From Octopus vulgaris (taxonomy: Eukaryota), in the NCBI GenBank assembly GCA_951406725.2, contig OX597820.1, positions 14,322,001 to 14,386,000 of the forward strand: DNA of 64,000 nucleotides, read 5' to 3'. The position numbers and the translations under genes were made by a program. The notes beneath the pieces were generated by a model. It had not been told where the DNA came from, searched no databases, and saw only the letters and a program-made list of their open reading frames with translations. Shown here piece after piece: positions 53,870 to 64,000 of this stretch (position 1 is the stretch's first letter; every line of letters starts with the position of its first letter).

Positions 53870-54119
53870 AAGAGAAGAAAATGGAGAGTAAATGGTTGAT
53901 AATTAATTTATTAACTTATTGCTAATCATTCCTACAATTGTTTCAATTAATACCCTTAGAAGTTGTGAGCAAAATATCATCAGGGAAATATTAGACATTA
54001 AAGAATTACATGGTGAACAATTTGTTCTTTGCAACAGACTGTTGGAAACAGTTGTAGGAGTGATTATTAATAAGTTAATAAATTAATTATTAACCATTAA
54101 TTCAGCATTTCTTTTCTTA
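53870..54119. repeat. Inverted repeat (~75-bp arms) beside (TA)n, with a hammerhead-like motif at 53929-53987 (-)
   Basis: atggttgataattaatttattaacttatt...cctacaattgtttc versus gaaacagttgtagg...aataagttaataaattaattattaaccat. Minus strand: ttcc CTGATGA ... GAAA caattg TA ggaa. Confidence 0.75.
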
Positions 54120-54348
54120 ATTGAATATAGATATGCTTAATATATACCTATTTATTTTAGGGGAACTTTTTTCCCCAATAATATAAGGTATAAAACCAAT
54201 GTAATCTTGGATGTAATTATCTCTTCAAGAGGTTAATATACTCTGTATCCTTGCATTAACTTTTATATATATATTATTTTATTTATTAGGGAATAAAAAT
54301 TCCGGCATCACAGGGGTTCCTCATTAAGGAAATATACTGTTATTTAGA

Positions 54349-54442
54349 GGCTTAATGATTGGGGTTACATTTTAAGAAAGGTTCCTGTAAAACACTGCAT
54401 GCTTAAGGAACCGTAAAAGAACCTCAAGAAACACGTGTAGCC
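54349..54442 (+). ncRNA. Degenerate type-I hammerhead motif with extended stem II
   Basis: ggc TTAATGA ttggggtt [inner hairpin ggttcct/aggaacc] aacctcaa GAAA cacgtg TA gcc. The core is mutated. Confidence 0.5.
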
Positions 54443-54517
54443 GAGATATGAGTAGTAAGTATTAAATCAAATTAAAATTCTTTTATATGGTGGGATGAAG
54501 GGGACTACTATTTCTAA

Positions 54518-54587
<70 letters not shown>

Positions 54588-54595
54588 ATTCTTTC

Positions 54596-54638
<43 letters not shown>

Positions 54639-54669
54639 TTATAATAATAATAATAGTAGGGAGTATAAT

Positions 54670-54800
54670 TCCAAAACTTCCGGGGCTATTCGTCCATGAC
54701 AGGCTGTTTTGATGATCAATGTTACTTTCATCTAAGAGCTTTCTACTAACATATCCATGCATAGTCTTCGCCTCATATAGGCTCATCCTTTCATCTGATG
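54670..54800 (-). mobile_element. R4/Dong-like ORF fragment (region downstream of RT)
   Basis: RMSLYEAKTMHGYVSRKLLDESNIDHQNSLSW resembles the K..HG...R......ID...S..W motif of this clade. Confidence 0.55.
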
Positions 54801-55099
54801 GTACATTGCGATAGAGTCATGCGACTTCTATGGGCATGTATTCCAGGTTATCAGACAAAGAGTGTTGCTCAAGGAGCTGCCTTCCAAGTCTTGTGATGTT
54901 ATCAGCCTCATGTATGCAAACTTGATCAAGCTATGTATGTATGTATTTATATATACATAATATGATGATAATATGTATATATTTATGTATACATAATATG
55001 ATATGTATGTATATATGTATGTATGTATATATATGTATGTATAATATGATGTGTATGCATGTATATATTTATATATACATAATATGATGATGATAATAG

Positions 55100-55552
55100 T
55101 GTTGTGCATGAGAAAGTAAGGAGGGATGTCAGTAAGGGCATTGCTGTTACACTTCCAGATGGGAAGGGTCTTCCTATGATGCTGACATTCAGTGTCTGTG
55201 CAAAACCCTGGCTCAGTAAAGCTGGACTCAAGAGTCATCTTCGTAGTCATAAAGCGAGACAGATGAGTGACAACCTGGCCACTGGTGGTGGTGTAACAAA
55301 CCATACTAATCATATCTGTCGGTCATGTGGAAGAGAGTGTAATTCGGCAGGAGGACTTAAACGACATGAAAAGGTATATGAAGCCCAGTTACAACTACAG
55401 CCGGCTATTACCAGTAAAGGTTTTAGTTACCAATTTTGTACAAGACATTGTAGGTCTTTAGCTGGGCTAAAAAGTCACATTCGATCACAGCACCAATAAC
55501 AGTTAAGCTTTGTGCAATGGCCATACTCGATAACGAGAGTGCAGCCATCATA
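55100..55552 (+). mobile_element. 3' end of an RTE-like LINE encoding three degenerate C2H2 zinc fingers
   Basis: ORF 55104..55499: SVCAKPWLSKAGLKSHLRSH, CRSCGRECNSAGGLKRHEKV, QFCTRHCRSLAGLKSHIRSQH. It is followed by a short RTE-type tail ggccatactcgataacgagagtgcagccatcat. Confidence 0.65.
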
Positions 55553-55652
55553 TATTTATGCATACATGCATGTATGTCATTATTCAGCTTTATTTCAAGA
55601 TTTCTTGCCAGTTGAGAAAGAGCTGGTTTCTAACCTAGATCCAGTATGTATG

Positions 55653-55686
<34 letters not shown>

Positions 55687-56239
55687 TGTATGCATGCATG
55701 TGTGTGTAAGTATGTCTGTATGTATATACGCTTGTATGTATGCATGCATGCATATATGTATGTACGTTTGTATGTAAGTATGTTTGTATGTATGAATGCA
55801 TATATGTATGTGTGTGTGTGTATGCATGTATGTATGTATGTATGCCAAATTTGAGTGTGTGTGAATGTAGGTTTATGAGAGTTTGTATTTATCCTTGGGT
55901 TTACATGTTCGCTGAGTATAAACAAAAGGCAACAGTCATGCCATCAATACAGGTTTGTCTAACGCTTGCAGTCCACTACAAAAGCACATCTAGGTTTCTC
56001 GACATGTCTTAGCATGTTGAGCAAACATCATAAATAAAGATAATACAGTGTAACCAAGTGTGGAATGTCTCTTGATCCCTTGTTCAATAGAATTAAGCAT
56101 TATGACCTTGCTTTGAAATGAGTGAGGGTTGGCAACAGGAAGGGCACCCAATTGCTTTATCAAGTTCTGTTTTGGCCAATGGCATGCATGAAAAAGTGAA
56201 CATTAAAACAATAATCTGGACGATGAAGCAACAATGAAA

Positions 56240-56830
56240 ATTATGGTGGTGGTGGTGATGGTGGGGAGGGATGATGATGATGGCAGTAGTAGTGGAGGAG
56301 TGATGGTGGTGGTGGTGGTGGTGATAGTGCTGATATCGATGAAAAGAATGATGATGACGACAATAACTACGGTGATGATGAAGAAAATGATGTCGATGAT
56401 GATGATTATAATGAGGATGATGATGATGGTGTTGATTACGATGGTGATGATTATGATGAAAATGAGGATGATGATGTTGATGACGATGATGATGATGACG
56501 ATGATGAGAAGGATGATGACGATGATGACGATGATGACAATGATGATGTTGATGACGATGGTGATGATGATGGTAATGATGATGATGGTGGTGATGATGA
56601 TGATGATGATGATGACGATGACGACAACGATGACAATGATGATGATAATGGTGGTGGTGTTGGTAATGGATTTTTATGGCGATTTTGAGAATGATGATGA
56701 TGATGATGACGACAACGATGACGATGATGATGATGGTGGTGGTGTTGGTAATGGATTTTTATGGCGATTTTGAGAATGATGATGATGATGATGACAACGA
56801 CAACGACGACAGTGATGATGATGATAATAA
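56240..56830. repeat. (GAT/GGT)n field with an internal ~90-bp duplication
   Basis: ggtgttggtaatggatttttatggcgattttgagaatgatgat occurs at ~56656 and ~56741. Confidence 0.9.
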
Positions 56831-57515
56831 TTATGATGACAGGCAATGATGAGAGGCTTCGTTTCACTGACCATAGAGTGATGTGGCAGGGGGTTGAGTG
56901 GTGGGGCGAGGAGCAGAATCAGTTCACAATATAAACACAAAACTAATACCACCAGGTATTTTAGTTTGGTGTTTATAACATTCCTACAGTTCTCTCTGCC
57001 TTTAGCTGAACATCACCGAATTAATTTTCATTTACTTTACATTTAGTTTTTCATTCATTTCCAGTAATTTTCATGTTTTTATTGTTAGTTAACTTTTTAT
57101 TTATATATTTATTTTTCAGTTTTATATCATTTCGTTATATTTTCTTCTGACATATTTATTTTATCCTTGTTCTTCATTTTTATTTTTTATTTTTATTTCA
57201 AATAAAAATAATAATAATAAAAAAAAAAAACAAAGAAAATAACACAGGTCGTTTTAATTTCTTTTCCCTGCAATTTAATGACCTTTTTTTTTTAATGTTT
57301 GTTTTTTCCTTTTTCCTCTTTTCTGTTTTATTTTGTTTTTATTTCATTATTTTCTTTTTGTTTTGTTTAACTTCTTCCATTCACTGTTTTCCATCATACT
57401 TAAGAGATAGGTATGTATCAGTTTTACCGCAATCCGACATTTTCAACCAATTTCGTGTGTGTGTGTGTGTGTGTCTGTGTGTGTATAAGTGTGTGTGTGT
57501 ATATATGTATGTATG

Positions 57516-57567
<52 letters not shown>

Positions 57568-57823
57568 TGTATATATATATATACACACACACACAGATAT
57601 ATGCATATGTATGTGTGTGTATATATATATATATACACACACACATAATGTATATGAATATATAGATATATATAAATATGTATTATGTATGTGTATGAGT
57701 GTGTATATATATATATATGTGATATATATGTATGTATGTATATCAGTGTATATATATATATGTGTGTGTATATATATGTACATATATTTATATATATGCA
57801 TTATGTATATATATGTATGTATG

Positions 57824-57857
<34 letters not shown>

Positions 57858-57883
57858 GTATATACACACACATATACACACAT

Positions 57884-57933
<50 letters not shown>

Positions 57934-59951
57934 GATGCCTTTTATTTCTATACTTTTAATTTACCCCCAATTTTTTTTCTTTTTTAAACTATAGTAGCTT
58001 TTGAATCAATTAATAAACAATTTTTTTTAACCATATTCGTTAATTGGATTTTCTACGGTGATTTACACTAATAGACCATGACTTATGTTTAAAAAAATCA
58101 AACCTTAATTGATTCACTAACATTTGTTTATCGTTATGTGAAAAAAAAAATTAATTAAATCAAATAATTAAAATTCATACCAAAACAACATTTTTCAATT
58201 ATTTCAGTGGCTTATATTCTGGTTCTCACTCATCACAGTACAGAATTCCTAACCTGTTGGTGAGATGGCCTCTACAGGACTATTCAACTTGTTAGAAATA
58301 GATGCTAAGTCTCTCTCTTTAACACAGCTTACTGGAGAATGCAAGGAATGGGAGCAGCTGTTTAAATACTAATTATTTGTTGTGGTTGATTAAGTTAATT
58401 GGGCATTCATCTTGTGTTGGAGAAGGTACTTTTTTGGTACTGGTGGGGAACATGTGTATGTGCACACATGCAGAAATACAGTGGTATGTGGTGCTTTTTG
58501 TGTTGTGTGTGCTGCCACACTCAGTGCCACCAAATTTCAAGCAAATGTATAACGAAAGTTTTCCATTAAGATTTTTGATTAAATTAATGAACAAGCTTAA
58601 TGTCTATAATGAATTTGCCCTTTGAGATGGCTGTGTAGCACACACCTAACATACCCAGAATACACGCCCCTGCAGAAGAATGTATATACACATACAGAGA
58701 GTGAAACAGATGTATGGGATTTATTAATGCTTGCTTTATAACATGTTCTCAGAATTTCCAGTAAGTGGTGATAATGTATGGTACTATTTCACTCCTTTCA
58801 GAAATCTTCAGTATGATCCAGCCAGCGACTTATTAATTAATTAAACATTTTTCTGAAGTGAGGCATTTCATTAAGGATGGAAGCAATTACACCCTGGTAG
58901 AAATTCATGGAATGTGTAATGTTTTATTTATTTATTCTTCATAGAAAATTAGAAGTTTATTAATCAAGAGAAATGAGAGAAAGCTCTCAGTGTTTACATG
59001 AAGTATTATACTTGTTTCCAAGGAATTCTATGTTATGTCATGTAGTAGCCACTATTCTTTCCTCTTTCACTTATTTCAGCCAATGGACTGTGGCCATGCT
59101 GGGACACCTTCTCAAAGGGTCCAGTACCTATTTGGTTTTGGTCTGATGCTAATTCTATCAGTCTCTTTGCTGAGCTACTAAGTTAGAGGAACACAAACAA
59201 AACAACAGCTGTTGTCAAGCAGTTGTAGGAAGACAAACACAAAGACACACATGCCCCCCCCCCCCCACACACACACACATATATATAGGACTGGGTGTGT
59301 GGTAAGAAGCTTGTATGCATGTATGTATTTATGTATGTATGTATATACATATACATACAAGTTTTTTTTATTCTCTCTCCATATTTTCTCTTACTCATTT
59401 CTGGCAAAGAGCGTAGGCTCAAAACGTAAAAGGCTTTTTTATTTTTCCAGAGCGTCAACTTACTACACTTGCTTGTTGTTCATACACCTGTCTTCATATT
59501 TTGTTTTTCTATAAATTCCAACAATACATACCCATACATACTTATGATGGGCTTCCACACAGTTTCCACCTACCAAATTCAGTCACAACACATTGGTTAA
59601 TGTGGGTCTATAGTACAAAACACTTGCCCAAGGTGCTCCATGGTGGGACTGAACCTGCGATCACAAGCTTGGAAAGCCAGCATCTTAACCGCTCACTAAT
59701 TCCCACACCCTATCATCATTTTTTTCATATTCAATGCTTCACCTGCTGAGCCAACTTGCTTCCTTTCATCCTGTGTTAGGTTTGGTTGAGTTGTTTCATT
59801 CAATTAGCTCCTCAGCTCAGCTAGGGCCATCTCTCTACACAATGCCAATTGGACATCTTATCGCAGAATTAGGCTGCATTTAATATATCAGTCGGCTAAA
59901 GTTCGAAGAATGCTCCAGTATTTGAATGTACAAACACACACACACACACAC

Positions 59952-60000
<49 letters not shown>

Positions 60001-60121
60001 TGTGTGTGTGTGTAAGTGTGTGTCTGTGTGTCTATATATATATATGTGTGTGTGCATACATACATATATATATATGTATATATCTACATGTATATATGTA
60101 CATATATGTATAGAATATATT

Positions 60122-60181
<60 letters not shown>

Positions 60182-60434
60182 CCTACATACATATATGTAC
60201 GTATATATATATATATAGATATATATGTATACATACTGACATACATACATATATGTATGTATGTATATATATATATATATATGTATGCATTTATGTATGT
60301 ATGTATGTTTGTACGCATACACGCTACACACACACACACGCACACACACACACATGTAAGAAGGCCTTAATTTTCTGTCCTATTCTCCGTACTCTCTAGG
60401 GAGTAATATTTCATTTCTGTCTGTTCTTTCTTAG

Positions 60435-60477
60435 TTGCAGGTTATTGAAGAAAAGAAAATAGACAAACAAACTAATG

Positions 60478-60511
<34 letters not shown>

Positions 60512-60527
60512 CAATAATAATAATAAC

Positions 60528-60578
<51 letters not shown>

Positions 60579-60627
60579 CAGAAGCAAAGCATAGCTACAA
60601 TAACAAAAGCAACATGCTATATTAATG
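60435..60627 (+). CDS. Candidate internal coding exon with poly-Asn
   Basis: Acceptor ctgttctttcttag|ttgcag|, open frame LQVIEEKKIDKQTND(N)nQKQSIATITKATCYIN, donor G|gtaaag (phase 1). No homology recognised. Confidence 0.3.
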
Positions 60628-60651
60628 GTAAAGATTGAATCTATACATTAA

Positions 60652-60689
<38 letters not shown>

Positions 60690-60907
60690 TATTATATTAT
60701 ATTATACTTCTTTTTGTAACTTAGACAAAACTGATTATCCACCAAGCCTTAACCTTTATCTGTTTGGACTTTACTACAGAATGTTAAATGGAAAATACAA
60801 TGTGTGTGTGTGAAGGGTTGTTGTGTGTGGGTGTGGGTGTACTCTAGATGTAGGTTTATATATGTATTCTATACATATATCTATATCTCTATATCTGTAT
60901 CTATCTA

Positions 60908-60951
<44 letters not shown>

Positions 60952-61090
60952 CCTATCTATCTGTCTATCTCTTTCTCTTTCTCTCTCTCTCTATATATAT
61001 ATTATACACACACACACACACACACATATAAATGTAATACCATCAACAACATCCTTGGAGATACTGTGTCTGTATATATGTCTTTATATA

Positions 61091-61194
<104 letters not shown>

Positions 61195-61316
61195 ATATAT
61201 ATTATATATATATATTATACATATATAATATATATATATATACATCATATACAATCACATATGCACACACGCACGTGCACACTCACACATATTATATATA
61301 TTTGCAGACATATATA

Positions 61317-61366
<50 letters not shown>

Positions 61367-61385
61367 CACATATATACATATATAC

Positions 61386-61435
<50 letters not shown>

Positions 61436-61591
61436 ATATGTACACATAGACACACACAAAGTGCATACACACACATACACACACACATACACACATATAT
61501 ATGAGGAGGGAAATTAATGTTATTTTCTCCTTTTTCTTTTCTTTTTGTTTGTCATTTTATTTGGTTTTTTTTTTCTTCTTTTCTGTCACAG

Positions 61592-61617
61592 AGGGTACAA
61601 AAACAGAAGTCAATTGA
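61592..61617 (+). CDS. Candidate terminal coding exon portion
   Basis: Strong acceptor ttttttttcttcttttctgtcacag|. A phase-1 join with 60627 gives ...CYINEGTKTEVN*. Confidence 0.25.
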
Positions 61618-62074
61618 AAATTAGAATGAAGCAGAAATTCTTGAATATGAAGTTCACTTCTAATGACAGTCTTTGTCTACAGGTTGTTTTCTCTTCAGAT
61701 GCTGTATACATTCTTGAAAATGTCAATAGGAATCCTGATGAATAAGTCAAAATATTTCATCAGGTCTTTATTGTGTAAAAACTTGTGTTAAGTTTGTGGT
61801 TTTCCCAATGTATTCTCACCGCCATCAGGATTTCTGCCCTTGCCACCTCCTCCGCCGCCTCCATCTCAGATGCAGCTGCTGCTGTTGCTGCTGCTGCTGT
61901 TGTTGCTGCTGCTGTCGGTACTGAAGTTGCCAACATCCCCCGCTTCACCTCCACTATCATCACTACTACTGTCGCCACCTGCTGCTACTTTCACTGCCAT
62001 CATCACCATCACCACTACCATCATCCCCACCAGCACCATAACCACCAACACCACCACTACCACCACTTCCACCG

Positions 62075-62360
62075 CCATCACCCTCACCACCATCACCCTC
62101 ACCACCATCACCTTCACCACCATCACCCTCATCACCCTCACCCTCAACACCATCACCTTCACCACCATCACCTTCACCACCATCACCCTCACCACCATCA
62201 CCCTCACCACCATCACCCTCATCACCCTCACCTTCACCACCATCACCCTCACCACCATCACCTTCACCACCATCACCCTCACCACCATAACCTTCACCAC
62301 CATCACCCTCACCACTATCACTCTCACCACCATCACCCACACAACCATCACCCTCGCCGC
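62075..62360. repeat. 15-bp minisatellite (caccaccatcaccYt)n
   Basis: Direct reading. Confidence 0.9.
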
Positions 62361-62990
62361 CACCACTACTACCACTAGCACCACCACCACTGCCACCACC
62401 ATCACTGCCACCAATACCATCAACACCTCCATTTACCTTGCAACCATCACGACATTCAGTCATACAACCATCCCTGATATCATCATCACCAGCACCACCC
62501 CTAACACCGCCTGTACTGCCATCACATCACCAGCAACATTTATAACACCCACATACACACATGTACACATGTGCACACACGTGCACAGATACACACACAC
62601 ACATACATGCACACACACATGCACATGCACACACAGATGCATGCACACATACACACACATGTGCACACATACTCACACACACATGCACACACATACTTGC
62701 ACACACAGACACACACATAAACATGCACACACACACACACAGGCACACACACACACTTGCACACACACATACATGCACACATACTTGCACACACAGACAC
62801 ACACATAAACATGCACACACACACACACAGGCACACACACACACTTGCACACACACATACATGCACACATACTTGCACACACAGACACACACATAAATAT
62901 GCACACACAAATGCACACACGCACACACGCACACACACACACACACATATATACGCACATACTCACACACATTCACACATGCACACACAA

Positions 62991-63023
<33 letters not shown>

Positions 63024-63280
63024 CACACCCACGCACACATGCACACCACACCTAATCTGTTGGATGTCGGACTAACAAACAGAAGAATATCCGCAAAGGC
63101 AAAATGACAATATGTTATCATAAAAGACTGAAGAACTGAGCTTGTTTAACTAACCTTTAGGCAGGAATATCACCATTCATATGGAAACCAAACACGAGGA
63201 ATTAATTAAAGAAGGAAATCAAAATGATTTAATTCGTTATTACAAAACTCAATAATGCTGATAAACACAAGACTTTAGAC

Positions 63281-63710
63281 CAGGGGTTGCCAAACCTATT
63301 CGATCATCGACCACCCCCTTTAGCTACTTCTCTTTCTGCATCGACCACCCTTCTTATTTAAAATATCTTAATACCCTACTCTACTGTACTATATATATTC
63401 ATGTACAACCACTTAAGAAATTCTATTGAAGATGACACACTTTTAACTATTCAAAACTTTCGACCAGGGATTGCCAAACTTTTTTGACCATCAACCACCT
63501 TTAGCTACCTCTCCTTCTGATCTGACCCCCTTTTAGCCACTTCTCCTTCTGCATCGACCACCTTCCTCATTTAAAATATCTTAATACCCTACCCTACTGT
63601 ACCATATCTTAAATGTGTACCGTGTTCTGATGCTGGCAATTAAAATGTTAGCTAAAACATGCATGTACGACAAATTAAGAAATTCTATTGAAGATGAAAC
63701 ACTTTTTACA
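63281..63710 (+). mobile_element. hAT-like terminus, tandemly duplicated
   Basis: caggggttgccaaac at 63281 and cagggattgccaaac at 63465, each followed by the same ~170-bp sequence. Confidence 0.6.
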
Positions 63711-64000
63711 ATTAAAACTACACTGGTGAAAATCTATTTAAGACTGACGATAAAAGTTCTAATTCTTACAAAATATTTTGTTACTAACACCATACAAATT
63801 ATTTTTTTCTTTTATACACCTTATGCAGAATTTATTTCTCTTTCGAATGATGCAGACAATAACTATTTTTATACAACTTGAAGAATTCTAATGCTAAATT
63901 AATATAAACATTTCAAATTTACCAGCAAAATTAGTTTAAGACCGTATCATTATAATCTTATTTAAAGCTTAAGATTGTTGCAAAAATGAGCAACAAGAAC

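Noticed and set aside
55104-55499. Host C2H2 zinc-finger gene
   Set aside because: The fingers are degenerate, TGEKP linkers are absent, and an RTE-like tail follows; better explained as a LINE end.

Overview
AT-rich, microsatellite-saturated eukaryotic DNA, almost certainly cephalopod (Octopus-like; inferred from the tRNA-headed SINE families and the very dense (TA)n/(CA)n/(CAT)n/(TAA)n tracts). No intact protein-coding gene can be supported, and nearly all ORFs in the track are translations of simple repeats. The window holds a 78-bp (3x26-bp) satellite at 1-2.76 kb and at least five SINE-like families. It also holds relics of mariner, maT, hAT and Helitron DNA elements, and 3' fragments of R4/Dong-like, RTE, CR1 and L1/Tx1 LINEs. 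The main hidden signal is a dense set of hammerhead-ribozyme (HHR) motifs. About 15 are minimal type-I HHRs of the Penelope-like-element kind, several in inverted pairs next to (TA)n. A separate group (38836, 39073, 26449, with damaged copies at 16199 and 10400) has the three hammerhead strands in a non-circularly permuted order (III'-UH-I / II'-GAAA-III / I'-CUGANGA-II), with base pairing preserved across different stem sequences. A few candidate spliced exons on the + strand are listed with low confidence. All structures were read by eye; nothing was computed or searched.
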